Source of the DNA: Tubiluchus corallicola
Taxonomy: Eukaryota > Animalia > Priapulida
NCBI GenBank assembly: GCA_030141605.1
Contig: JAQGDQ010000215.1
Span: 62,001-126,000, forward strand
Length of the DNA: 64,000 nt
Direction of reading: 5' to 3'
Below are positions 11,578-51,146 of the stretch, one piece after another. The position numbers were made by a program, and so were the translations under genes. Below the pieces are notes generated by a model, which had not been told where the DNA came from, did not search any database, and worked only from the letters and a program-made list of their open reading frames with translations. Position 1 is the first letter of the stretch; the number at the start of each line of letters is the position of its first letter.

Positions 11578-13433
11578 AATGTAATCCTGGAAAGTGATGC
11601 ACAGCAGCACAAAATTAATTGTCCTAATTTATTTAAAGCACTGGCAACGACGTATGAAGCAGAATGCTGTTGTTGAAACTCGACCATTTGCAAATGCTAA
11701 AGAAAAATACTGTCCAGTGCCCACACAGTCAGTTTAATAAGATCGTTAATTTTAAAGTTTATTAGTATTATCCGAGATTCGTCTACAAAATTATTAATAA
11801 GCTGTACACGAAAAGTCACATGTGCTCAATTATTTATTCTAGCTAACAAATATTGTCTAAAAACTGCAAATAACTGCAAATGATTTAACAACAAAATATT
11901 CATTTTTGCCAATTTAATTAAATATATCACGTACCGCCCAAACCTCAACAAAAAACAGCAGCTATGACCTGTTCACATGAATTCCATGCTAGTGGTTCGG
12001 ATACTGTGTTGCAATTCAGTTTGCATCTCATGCAAATTCATAGCCTCTGAGATAGATATCAGAGATATTAAACAAAATTAGGGTAATGTAATTGTTGCTA
12101 AGTTGCTGCCAAGGTCACAATATGCTATAAAATATAGAAAACATGTAATAAGCCAATGACTGGAGCTACAGATTTAAGCAAAGGAAATCTTAGATGTGCT
12201 TCACAAAAAATTACAAATATTTGGTTTATATACATATTATACAGTAATTAGCACTCTTAAGAATGTTAATAAATCATTGCAAGATTCTGTTGTTCCCGTA
12301 TATAAGCAGGTGACATATAACTATGCATGATTACATACTACATGATTAGATCCCAGACGCCAGTGCATACTTATAAAACCGGCATTATGAAGTCTGAATA
12401 ATTTTATGAGCAATTCACAGCAACCACTGAGTTTGACTCTTTATTGCTGCAACTTACAAATTACTTTAAACTCTTTGCTACTTTATTTTGACCAATCATC
12501 TCCTGTTTCAGGGCATTGTAAAAGAAACTACCCAATGGTCTTCACTAGAAATTAGCAACAATACAGCAGCAAATAATTAGCAGAAAGAAGTTACATCGAG
12601 AGAACTAGTCTTAACCCTTTCACATACAAGTAATTTTTGATGTGTAAATTGAAAGTTTCAGCACCCTAATTTCTTGCTTTCAAAGGTCATTTTATTGCCA
12701 AGGTACAAAAAGGCATAATGGGTAAGAAAAAGGAGCATCATGTAAGTTCAACATAAATGCAAATTACAAAAGCCAATGAACATGAGCGGCACTGACCTGT
12801 TCTCGAAACACCTGCCACTCATGTTCATTGGCCAGCTGCATTACGTCTAGTTTTACATTCCACACTTCCCATAAAGCTTATAGCTAAAAGCTATAAAGTA
12901 CAGTAGAAAAATAACATACACTAAGAATTGTACAACGATATGACATCTATTATCAGTTCTAAATTTCTTGCAACTTAAAATTTGGATAGATAATTAAGGT
13001 ATAACAGCCTAGCTGTGCAACACACATTGTTACTCGCCCAAGTAGAAGAGGGAATTAGGCACTGGACGGATAGATGATGAATGATGTTGCAAAATTACAA
13101 GTGTCTTTGAAATAACTACATAACTCAGAGGGTGTTGTGTTGTGCATCTGATAAAGTATCCATGATTCTAACTTGTATGTTTCTTCTTATTTCATGGAGT
13201 GCAATGGGAGCTACCTCAATGCAGAAGAAAAACAAAACATTTTAAATGCTCACACCTTCACACAATATAATGCCTAATAACAAGCTGATAATGAAACAGA
13301 AAAATGCGTCCAGCACAATATCAGCCTCAAAACTAACTGTGGTATCAAGCTACCAACATGGGCAGAATAAAATTTTCTTTTTTTTGCCGTGCTGCATACA
13401 ACAAAATACATAAATTATCACAGATTTTCTCTC

Positions 13434-14456
13434 TCAAAATGTCAACGTGTCCTTTAAAAACTTTTTCATTGTTGTGCCAACAGATGGCCCCGTTGTCTGA
13501 TATGTGATTTTAAACAGGTATGGCTGAATGTCTGGAAATCTTGTGTCAAAGACGAGATCTATTTCAGACTGAGTTGGCATCTTAGGTGTATACTCTTGTC
13601 TGTTCATTGTTTCAGAAACGTACATGATTTTCTCTGCAAGAGCGGCACCGACCTGTTCTCGAAACACCTGCCGCTCATGTTCATTGGCCAGCTGCATTAC
13701 ATCTAGTTTTACATTCCACACCTCCCACTGTATGCTTTCAGTGCTGAACGGCCAACGAGTTCGCTTTTTCTGATAGAACTCTAGCGTAATTTGTCCATTT
13801 CGACTGCCCTCAGGAGAACGAAGCAATTCTTGAAAACCCAAAATTTCACGCTTTATTTCTTTGTCGAGTTCGTCGGAAGCGACGCGCACATAAGTAAGGT
13901 CTACAAAATCGCAGTCAACGTCTTCTATACCAATTGCTCCAATGCTGTAACTTCCTTCCTGTTTATAGTGAAACTTTCCAAGAGTCCTGCAATTAATGCA
14001 TATAAAACAGTCATTAAAAAGAAATAAACGCTTTATTGATGATAAATGCAAGGGAAAAAACGAGATGGAAAACTGTGGTTAACGTCTACATAATAGACTG
14101 CGCCCTGGCGATCTATGACAATCAGTAATTATATCAGTCACTATAAGAACTTGTAAAATTTATAGTTATAGAACTGTCTAGCTCATTGTGGTACTTTCGC
14201 TGAAAAATCAAGGAAAACAAACAGCCCAGTATGGTACTTTCACTGAAAAACCAATAATTTTAACTCTTCCACTCGTGCAACCACGTTACTACTGACTTGA
14301 AATGTCTAAAACAAACTGTTACAAAAGCTCATCCAGATTATTGATTGGCGAATTACCTTACCTATGAAACAAAAGAGTGTGAAACAAACTGGAAATCGTT
14401 TCGTCAATTTGCCTTCCTTCCACTGTCAGTTCAAACGTCTGTGACCTAGCATTCAT
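13434..14456 (-). CDS. ATG101: Autophagy-related protein 101 (HORMA domain), 2 exons, 215 aa
   Basis: Exon 1 14456-14362 (MNARSQTFELTVEGRQIDETISSLFHTLLFHR, donor AG|GTAAG). Exon 2 13986-13434 (TLGKFHYKQEGSYSIG..LEFYQKKRTRWPFS..KMPTQSE..QPYLFKI..KDTLTF*). Includes the WF finger and closely matches the recalled human ATG101. Confidence 0.97.
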
Positions 14457-14816
14457 TGTTTCTACTAACAGTATTTCAAATTAAAATTATTTTGCTGTAC
14501 TTTGACCTAAATTTACAACATTTTCAATTTTTTTTACGTTGTTAAAAACACTAAAGTAAAAGCAAACTGTATCATACACACACACATATACACTGTCATA
14601 CAGTATAAACAAAGATCCAGGACACTTCAATCGAATAAAAAGGCATAAGCCTGTGCTGCCATCTGACAGCAGCTATCTGTTATAGAAAGCACGTGTTGCA
14701 GTATTATGTGTTTTTATTTTTGCTGTTTTTCGTTAATGTCATCGGTCTAAGCCTTTGAACACTTTAATTGGCAATAAATCTTAATGATCCAGCACTAATT
14801 TGTTGACGCTCCAGTC
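14457..14816. promoter_or_regulatory. probable bidirectional promoter shared by ATG101 (-) and PARN (+)
   Basis: Divergent start codons at 14456 and 14817 are only 360 bp apart; both 5'UTRs and promoters should fit here unless further UTR exons exist. Confidence 0.65.
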
Positions 14817-40999
<26,183 letters not shown>

Positions 41000-42759
41000 T
41001 TAGTATGTACTTATGACATGGCTGTACAGTCTTTATCCAAAATATTTTTTATCTCAAGTTTATGGGTGTACTTACTTACTATTGTTATAACTACCACATG
41101 AGCACAGCATATTATTTATTCATTTTGTATCAATCCGTCACAGTAATTATTTGACAGTGTTTATTAACATAATTTTGGTAGGTTTGTAAATATTGTTAAT
41201 ATGACTTCAATTTTTCCATCTCGCTTGTACAAAAAAGCAGTTTATTTTGCTATACGTAGTTTCAAGCTTAAATTTGTAGCATACTGTTTTATGTGCAATA
41301 TAAAAAAACAACCTTTGTATTAATTGAGATCCTTGAGGATAATGAAGGAATTTACTTGTAAATTTATTCTTAGTTGATCACACTGGTTGAGAAAATTTCG
41401 TTTCTTCAAATAGCAGACATGTTTACTTAAAAAGCAGTGTCATAGTTCTAATTTTCATTCTCATTATCATTTTCAAATACTTTTCACGTTACCCAGGTAC
41501 TTGCATTATGAAATTCGCTCATTATACCGATTATGTAGTTCCTAAACAAGTCGCATAATGCTAAATCTTAATCATATGGTATTCGTATATAAAATTTTCA
41601 TATTTTGTATTTCAACTTTGAACAATCTGCTTCATCACTACTTCATGCAGGTTACTGTATGTAATTCTTTACACACATAGTGAATGCAAAGTGAAATTAG
41701 AAAGGAAATGAATACGATTGATTATTGTCAAGTTTTTGTCATATTATCTTTTGTATTGTCACAGTAATCATAAAATTTGATAAAAAAGTTACCTGATTTG
41801 CACTCCTGGAAGAATCTGGAGACTTTCTCTTTATAACGTCGCTACAGGACCCTGTAAACTGGGACAATGACAGGCCAGTAGGGATAGTAAAACACTCCTA
41901 CTGCACTAGCATTGCCCAACTTTGGTGTCCATGTTGTACTATCTGAAGCAGTTCATCTCTGTGACAGAACTCTTTATGTACTTGCATTGCCCAACTTTGG
42001 TGTCCATGTTGTACTTTCTGAAGTCTATGTGACAGTACTCTTTATGTACTTCAAATTATGTGATTATTTCTAATGGACTTGTAATGGTAAGCTGGAAAGT
42101 TCGAAATTTCCTTCATTGGCAATTTCAGCATGTCATTACATCCTGACAATATATAACTTCATCGAATGAATTTGTTTTAGCAGTTTTATTTACTATGTAG
42201 TTCGGTGCACTGTATCCTTGTTCCATCATTTAATGCTGAGCTTACTGTGGATCATTAGATAAATAGGATACATTGTCCTTCAACAGTGGCAGATAGTATC
42301 GCCCTAACCCAATTTTCATAGTGGTCACCCACTCATTTACTAACCAGAAGTATAGCCGAAAACACATCTTAACCATTTAGTTATTCCCTTGCCGTATATG
42401 ACGTGTCATTGTGAGTGACCATACCGTATGAGGAAATAAAGATTATCTAGAGGATTATAATACAAGGTGTTTTTTCACTTTCAAATGGATTCTGAGAGTA
42501 CTTATCATTCCCATATTGTAGCTGCAGCATCCAATGATTGGCAAATTGTTAACCTCTTGTGTGTTGTTTTTTTTCACACGTAAATTACACCAATTTACAC
42601 GAGAGCGAATTGAACGAGTCTAAAAGTTTTAATGACTACAGTTATTTATGTGACACCTGCTAACTGTTAATTGGAATTTTTTCTGTATAAAGTAGAGCTA
42701 ACCTTTTTAGCCTGTTAATCAGTTCGGACTTCTGGAAGCCAGCATTCAGCATTCGTGGA

Positions 42760-44345
42760 CCAAGTGGTCACGATACAAGTTTTGCGACCAAAGTTAAACA
42801 ATGACAAGCCTGGTCAGTACATTGATTGTGGGCGATTTCAGGGGCTGTTTACCTCATTGGGGAAAGTGTATAAACATCCAAACGTGGCTAAAATACTTCA
42901 TCTTAGAAGATCATCTTTGACAGTAAGCTAGATTTCAGTCCAACTGGACCTATTTTGATTAAGTGCTGTTTAGGGCCTATTAAATGTTACTGACTGGTTG
43001 TGGCAAGACTGGAACTTAGCCACGTTATTATAACCATAGATCTTTTCACAACGAGAGAAAAATTGGGTGGTAAGGCAGATGAAGGTGCGCCTGGAAGTAG
43101 ATAAAGCAGATGAAACTGCGCCTAGAAATATGTAAGGCAGATGAAACTGCGCCTGGAAGTAGGTAGGGGCTGATGAAACTGCGCGTAGAAATAAGTAAGG
43201 CAGATGAAACTGCGCCTGGAAGTAGGTAGGGGCTGATGAAACTGCGCGTAGAAATAGGTAAGGCAGATGAAACTGCGCCTGGAAGTAGGTAGGGGCTGAT
43301 GAAACTGCGCGTAGAAATAGGTAAGGCAGATGCAACTGCGCCTGGAAGTAGGTAGGGGCTGATGAAACTGCGCCTAGAAATAGGTAAGGCAGATTAAACT
43401 GCGCCTTGAAGTAGGCAAGGCAGATTTACATTTTGGCCAGATGATGTTTTTAGGAAATATTTAGATTTGCATCAAATTCTTACCGCGGTTCCATTCCTGA
43501 TTTGCATCGTCTTTTTTTGCAACAATCTTCGAATTTTTATCACAGGTGTAATTAAAGAACTGAGTTGTCGTGCGTGTAATTTTATACCGAGTCGATATTA
43601 TTTATTTTCACTGTTACAGATAAATGTACATAGCAGTCTATCGCGCACATGTCTTAGATTTTTTGCTGGAGTGACACCACTTTCTGAAGTAGATCGCCTT
43701 TTAGGCTCCCATTTATTTGTTGTATCTAGGCCAAATGTGACGTCATGACGTTAAACCTCCACTTCCTACGCTTCGTAATAATTCGAACTCAGAATCTATG
43801 ACTAACAAATTTACATAAAGTTTTTATCTGGAGCTAGAGCAGAGTTCATTTTGCATAGTACACAGTATAAGCTGCTTTCATAACATGTTGATTTCATGGA
43901 AGCGTGATACTAGTTGTAACCAGATCACGTTGATTTCTTGGTATCCAGCTCGATTACCTTTCTGGTTATTGATATGATGACCTAGCTATCAGACAGGTGG
44001 AGGAAAAATGTTATGCATGTGGTTTTCAAAAACATTATTCTTTCGATTCTCAGTTACTTTTAAAAAAATGGGTGGATATAATAGTCATACCTTATGATAT
44101 TCACTAAACGTATTTGTTACGTAACCTACTGAGTAGCAAATACTATACAGGGTAAGATAAATACCCGAGTGGTCACGATACAAGCTTTGTGATCAAATTT
44201 AAACAATGCCAAGCCTGGTCAGGCTGATTTCAATAATTGTTTAACTCATTGAGGAAAACATAAACACCTGAACCTGGTTAAAGTACCCTTATTAGTTTGG
44301 TATTTCATCTTAGAGGATGATCCTTGACAATAAGCTAGATTCCTG
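42760..44345. repeat. two ~180-bp copies of an unclassified interspersed repeat (42760-42935 and 44168-44345)
   Basis: Shared AGTGGTCACGATACAAG..TTAAACAATG.CAAGCCTGGTCAG ... TTCATCTTAGA.GA...TTGACA.TAAGCTAGATT. Confidence 0.7.
43069..43425. repeat. 63-bp tandem repeat made of two related ~31/32-bp subunits (GCAGATGAAACTGCGCC)
   Basis: GTAAGG starts at 43132, 43195, 43258, 43321; explains the 21-aa repeat ORF 42970-43335. Confidence 0.9.
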
Positions 44346-44779
44346 TGCTGCCACAACCACCTTTATTAAGTAGTTTTTTCGACTGCATGCCGGATCCAGG
44401 CTTGTAGTGGAACCGTTGACAATGCAGAATCCTTGAGTTTGATTTGAAAAGTTGACAGGATGTCTAACAAGGATACTTGACAGAATACTAAAAAAATACA
44501 AAGGGCTCGGATGCTGGATAGGTTGTACGATTTTGTTGTTAAATTAGATTTATAAACCTAGCTGTTATTGAGCTTAAGTCCTTAATACTATTTTGGTACT
44601 AGTAATTATTTAACTAATATGAATTTATTTATTATATTTCATACACGAACAATTTTCAGGTTTCTGCAAAAAGGATAACAATTATAAGTAGACAGAGTAA
44701 TTATGATAAAAATACGAAACGTAAATGTTCTGGTTGTGATTATTTTCGTACTCCAGGTGACGCAAAATTTTGTATTGAA

Positions 44780-45362
44780 TTAATAATAATAATAAATTTA
44801 TTTGGAAGTGTAAATACAAATTCAATATCGAGAAACACTGGGAAAAAATATATATTAATAATAATGATTATATGACGGCGTGCATATAATAAATGGCAAG
44901 AACCAGAAGTAAAATTTGTTAGGTGCTTGCACCATTATAAACACGTCCAAATAATGAGAAAAAAAGAAGAAAAAAACTGAAAGTTTTTAGGCAATTTAAA
45001 AAAAGAGTTGTGCAAAGTAAGGATAGAAGTGATGGATAAAAGAATGTTCAAAGGGGTAGTAAGAGTGGCTTGTGGAGATTCAGCTCATGAGATGAAGAAG
45101 TACTTGATCCTACTCAAAAAGAACACAAAGTTGTGACTGTTGTGTCACACAGGAACAGTAGCTGGTTATCAAGACTAGTTTATATAAGAGCAAATAGATA
45201 TCGTTTAACTGAAGTTTTAAAGCGGTAAATGTTACACTGATACTTTACATTGGGTGGTAGTGAGTTCCAAAGTTTAGGTCCATTACGGCTAATGAAATGT
45301 TTTGCAATATTGGTTCTGCAGAAGCCAATTGGTGCATTTATTAATAAGTGGTACAATTCCAC
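44780..45362 (-). mobile_element. LINE (CR1/L2-group) 3' end fragment
   Basis: ORF 45180-45362 ends GPKLWNSLPPNVKYQCNIYRFKTSVKRYL; (ATT)n tail near 44780. Confidence 0.6.
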
Positions 45363-45960
45363 TTTGGTATAACTAGGTTCTTACTTGCATAATGTTAAGG
45401 CTTTTCACACTAAGGTCAATATTCCAGGCTTTACCAAAATTTCTTTAGAAGCTTATCAAGGTTATTTATACAATGACAGTCAAACTTCCAGTTTTTTTAA
45501 ACCGTAAAAGCTATATTAACAAATTTGAAACACGCTTTCTTTAAGGCTGCTATTAAAAAATTAAATAAAATAGCTTGTAATAGGCCAACTGTTGGTTCTA
45601 AAGATATGAACTTTGCGTTTGTTGTGATATTTCAGCATTTTCAGATAAATCACATGTCAACCTTGAACCCAAAAGCAGTGCCTTTCATACCAAGTTTTAT
45701 TTATTTTGGGACAAAGCCATGTAGACACGCTTGTGGGTTTAGTTAACACGCTTAATAATTATTATACTTTTACAAAATCGCGACAGTCTATTCTCCTCGA
45801 ATTTCATCTTTTTCTTGAGTTTGGGACGCGCTCTCCAGGCAAAAATGGAATTTTAATTCTCTGCTTAATGTATTTCTTTATTATTTTTTGTTGCTCGCAG
45901 GGTGTTTAATAATTGTAGGAATATAGCTAAGTCAATTACGATTTGGAGTTATAAAAAACT

Positions 45961-46068
45961 ATCACTCACGTTGTGGTAAATTTTGACCAAATCACTCACG
46001 TTTTGGTAAATTTTGACCAAATCACTCACGTTTTGGTAAATTTTGACCAAATCACTCACGTTTTGGTA
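45961..46068. repeat. 30-bp tandem repeat x3.5
   Basis: ATCACTCACGTTTTGGTAAATTTTGACCAA. Confidence 0.9.
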
Positions 46069-47194
46069 GATCCCAATATAATTTTTATTACACAAGATGC
46101 AAAATACACAAGAAATCTCGTATTCGACAATAGAAAAACTTTTAAAGAAAAGATAATTACTATTGATAACGTTACGCAGTTCATAACAAGACTCTTAATA
46201 ATTTTAGTGCTTACCTTTGGAAATGTTGTCTTAAAATCAACGTAGATAATACGCTTCGTCCAGTTAGTTAAACAAAGCCCATTGTAGAGCAAATTTTTTA
46301 CTCTATTGAATATTTTTTTCAGTAATTTCTATAACAAGAGGTTATTGAACAAAGTGAACAGAATACCAGCGAAGTGACGCTCGCTCAGTTGTGCTGTTCT
46401 GTTGTCTGCCTGATGAATATTAGCTATGCAGTATCATACACGTCGACAAACCGATCATTAACATCTAATTTGCACATATGTATGCATCATAATAAATTCA
46501 GACTGTTGTAAAATACAATGCACAAAATATGGCTTGATTTTATTATAGTAATTGCGCCGGCGAGGGGCAATATTTATCGCATTAAATTTTAGCAGCAATC
46601 ATCGTGGCGGGTGAGGTGGAGACCGCTGAAGCCGCCATTCTATTGTTTTTTGAGCAAATAAGTTATTTATGGCTTAGAGAAAATATTTTAATATTAATTT
46701 CAATTGCAAACAAATATAATTGGGGACATATAAATTTCGCGTTCTCAAAATTTATGACTATCCATTTTCATAATGATATTAGTACTAATATGGTTGCAAT
46801 CATAATGACAGATTAAATTGCTTCGTGACCGCAACGACATATCGTCAAACTTGTGTCTAACTGTCATAGAAATGTACGCGTGTCGCAAGTTCTGTAAAAG
46901 TAACTAGGCAAAGTTGATCGTCGTAGAACTTATTAAAACATGTAATAGATATGAACTTTTTAAAACATGTAATAGAAGGCACCACGTATTCGTATGCGTC
47001 AAATCATGACCACTATCTAATGACTTTTGAATGACGGAAATTTCGTTTTAATGCCATTACTTCCTAGCGTTGTTCATATTGAACACAGCAGACATTAGAA
47101 AGGTATTAGTAGACGCTAATTGTTTTTTGCAATAATTTTAATACCAGATGGCAGCACAATGCAACTTCGTACATGATTGGCTCGAATCTTTTAA

Positions 47195-47590
47195 TTACAT
47201 TAAAAGAAAATGATAAAGCTGAAATCGATACGTTTCAAAGGCGAAGTTACAGAAACATTTTGGGTATTAGATGGCCAAACAAAATTTCAAACAAAGATCT
47301 TTATGAAAAAAATAAAAGAAGAACCTTGGACAAGAAAAATAAAAAGACGTCGTTTAAGATGGACTGGGCATATGCTTAGACTACGTGATGATGTTCCAGT
47401 GAAGATAGTTCTTCAACAAGCCATAGAACCAGCTAAAAAACCTGCAAGTGTTAACATATTTCGATTTTGCCCAGAAAGATTTAAACACTTCAGCATTGAT
47501 CCTTAGAAATAAATGTACTTGGGGCACTGCAGCGAGTAGGGAGTCCTGGCATAGGGAGGTGAGCAGAATCATGTCCCTGGACGTATGATT
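47195..47590 (+). mobile_element. degenerate RTE-clade LINE fragment (frameshifted)
   Basis: IDTFQRRSYRNILGIRWPNKISNKDLY in one frame and IKRRRLRWTGHMLRL in the next, typical of RTE/RTEX ORF ends. Confidence 0.7.
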
Positions 47591-48338
47591 CATTGAATGT
47601 TGATGTATGGCTCAAATCTTGAAAGCCCAGTAGGCATTTCAGCGTTATTCGTTAGTGCTTCCGTTATTCCACACAAATTTTATGCCTTTTTTCCTGATTT
47701 GCTCTATGCCATATGCTAAGTACCTACGTTGTTCACTTCAAGCGGAGTATTTAATGCTGCATTAATAAGTCTTTCTTCAGAACTTCCTGTTATTCTCTTT
47801 ATTTATTTCCATGTATTACTGTATCAGTGCTTGATGTAATGCTGTGGTGAATTGACCGGATGTTGACCTATATGACGTCACACAGTTACTTCATTTTTTC
47901 TTGTTTGCTAAATTATACATATCCTGATTTGAATTTTTTGGCCACTCGACATTTTTCTGTACAGACACGTTTGGATGGCGTCAATTTCATTTTTCTGAGC
48001 AACTTTGTCAACAATTTAAACGTACGACAATGTACAGGTTCTATATGAGTGATGATGGGGACATTTTCTTTTGCGATTCTTAATTTAGATCACTACTACT
48101 AATAATTAAATAGGTGTTGCCACCTACATTTAAAATTATTTATTGTTTAACTGATTAATCCAAGTTTAAACCAGGTTGTGGTCTGCTGCTCAGTCACCCG
48201 TACCTGCTGGGCTTCCTGTATGTGGTAGTGTAGATTGCTAGTGTACGCTTCTGACGCTTCTATTGTTCTGTCGTGTGTTCATTCATCTTCGGGTTGTAGA
48301 TAACATGGATTGTTTGTAAACACATCAAAATGGAATTT

Positions 48339-48382
48339 GTTGCCGACCCGTTTCGAACAAAACCGTTCATTATTAAGGCATC
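48339..48382 (-). other. degenerate minimal type I hammerhead motif (Penelope-like element terminus)
   Basis: Minus strand: TGCC TTAATAA T GAAC GGTTTT GTTC GAAA CGG GTC GGCA. Stem I, stem II, GAAA and the GUC triplet are present; the core has U3/A8 and a G5A change. Confidence 0.45.
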
Positions 48383-49477
48383 TAAAACAAAGAAATTTAC
48401 TAAAATTTAGAAACAACATCGAAATACAATTCAGTAGTTAGATAGCCAAAACATATATGATATAACATTATATAGATAATTTAACAATTTACCTTACAGA
48501 TTACATATCTTGATTGGTATGAAACTATGCTACACTACACAAACAAACTGTAAACAAGTTGTCTTTTTTACTAAAACGATTACCCATAATTTTTCAGATT
48601 TTTTAATATTGCTTTGCAGTGTTTATTGAATCCGTAAATTACACAACATATCTTTAATAAATTATGCTTTATGCTATGAACTTCACTGAGGTGGGAAAGG
48701 ATCCCGAAGTGCCAGAAAGGATCCCGAAGTACTAAAAAGCTGGGGAGCCAGATAGGGGCTGACGGGGTAGACTCATTTTCAAGAAAAGTTTATTCCAAAA
48801 ACGTCTTTTGCCAGAAAAAATTTTCCCCGACAAAAATAACTTCGCAGAAAACTTTTTTGCCAGAAAATTTACTTCCCAGAAAAAATTTTACAGAAAAGAT
48901 TTTTCGCAGAAAAGCCATTTCCCAGAAAATAAGATTCACAGGAAATGTGACAAATTCTTTTTAAAGGGCAGTTAGATGATGCAAAATGAAAAGTAGTTTA
49001 TTTTAATTACGCATATTGATTAGTACTGATGATGTGACAAAAAATTTGGTCAACTCGTTAAGGCAGGAAAGCAGGTTTGTAACGTCAGAACGATTATAAT
49101 TATAACAAATCATGTTGATCTTATGCACATGCAACAGCGAAAAATCACGGCTGCGATTGCCTACCGAAGTGAAGCAATGTCGAGCCTGGCATGTGATTAG
49201 TTGGGCGACTGCTTTGGCGTCTCAGTTTGGGCAGTTCCTTTCACTGCTATGCCGAATTATTTTGCTGATTTAGTGAGGATTGTTGGTGTGTGTTGTTGTG
49301 GGGAAAATATCGACATTAGTTAATTGCGCTAAAAATACGACACGTTCTGACTGTCTGCTGTAGTCGATGCATTGTGTCGTTTTCAATGATTCTGATAGTT
49401 CCCTTAGTTAAAGTGCTGTAAATAATTAGAAGCAGAAAGAGAGATCGAGGGAGAGGGTTATGGACAATTGAGAAAAA

Positions 49478-49707
<230 letters not shown>

Positions 49708-50610
49708 GAGGAAACAGAAAAAAAACGAAGGCTTTATCCTACTAAAATAGCGGATCTTGCAAACTAAAAACGCAACCACGATTTTTCTGTTAAAAATGTT
49801 TCTGAGAAATATTGAGTAACTTTTAAATTAAACCCAGCTCAGCACGAACGCACACGAACAGTCTGGGGAGCGTGTAGTCGTGCGGTACAATCTACTGCGA
49901 GCAGTTACGTTTCTATTCGTCGGTAATCAACGCTACAGAATAACTTTTAAATGAAACCCAGCTCAGCACGCACGCACGCACATGTGAACCGTCTGGGGAA
50001 CTTGTACCCGCTCGTGTTTCTGTTTTGATTGAATCAGTCAGACAGTCATTAGACTCGCTAAGCATTCCAACCGTGTGCTGCTTACAGTCCGACTCGGGGA
50101 TTCGTAAGCAGCTGATGGAGGCAATCAGACTAGGATGATACAGCTACAGCTCTAAGAAGATGCTGTACATGGTTTAGGCGTGTACCGAGTAAGCGGCGTT
50201 TTGTTTTGTTTTCTAACTCGATGCAGAAGTAGGAAAACGTATTACGTAAGTCACTGATATTTATTAAGATTTTATTTATAGCTACCGGGTAATCAATTGG
50301 TAAGACATTGTTGCCATTATATTACAGGGTTGATAATGAACATTGTTCAGTGGTACGTTTTAGGATGACAAGTTGAGCGACGTTATATTTGTAAGCTTGT
50401 AATGTTCACAGTTTGGGTGGAATATCTAGCCAAAATTTACTGTAAAAATGTCATTAGTCCAGAATTTAAATGAAGTGAATAATATTAAGAACAAAACAGT
50501 GGAACTGTGTTGCAATGAACGCTGTTATCATTCCTAATTTTTGTATTACAAAAGGGTAGTATAGCAGAATGAACGTGCATCGTGGTTTTCTTGCCTGAGG
50601 TTGTCGTATG

Positions 50611-51146
50611 CAGCGGCGGATTATGATTTTATGGGCCTTAGGCTTGAACTTGGAACGGGCCTTTTAAATGTTGCTATACTGCTGAGCTGACGTGTTTTTG
50701 TGGAGCTCTCGTCGTTTGTAAGTTTGTTTAATTTTGTGAGTTTTTGCCCACCGATTGTGATAAAAATTATATCTTCTTGATCTTTGAGTTGTGGACTAGG
50801 ACTATATAAACACGATTACAGCTTCGTGAGTTTCTGGATTAGATGTCAACTAAAATAAGCCAATCAGAAACTCTGAAAGTAACTTTAGTTTCTTACTAAT
50901 TTCTTATACTTATGCTTAAACTTAAACTGTGTACACGTGAATTGTGTAAACTTAAATTGTGTAAACTTAAATTGTGTAAACTTGATTTGTGTAAACCCGA
51001 TTTGAAATATAGTGACTGACTTTTGAAAAAAACTTTTCTATATTTTATTTTGGCGGGCCCCTTGCTCTTTTGTCAATTTTTTTTTATCCTTTTGATCCCG
51101 GGCCTTAGGCTTCAGCCTATTCAGCCTATAGGGCTATCCGCTACAG
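50611..51146. mobile_element. hAT-family non-autonomous element
   Basis: Perfect 8-bp TSD GTCGTATG; imperfect TIR CAGCGGCGGAT / ATCCGCTACAG; subterminal GGGCCTTAGGCTT at both ends. Confidence 0.75.

Noticed and set aside
13987-14051. N-terminus of the 205-aa ORF as the ATG101 start
   Set aside because: This is intron sequence; the conserved N-terminus is in exon 14456-14362.
42970-43425. 21-aa repeat protein, or tandem hammerheads (CTGATGA..GAAA in each 63-bp unit)
   Set aside because: The ORF follows from a unit length divisible by 3. For a hammerhead, stem II lacks the closing R-Y pair and stems I and III cannot form.
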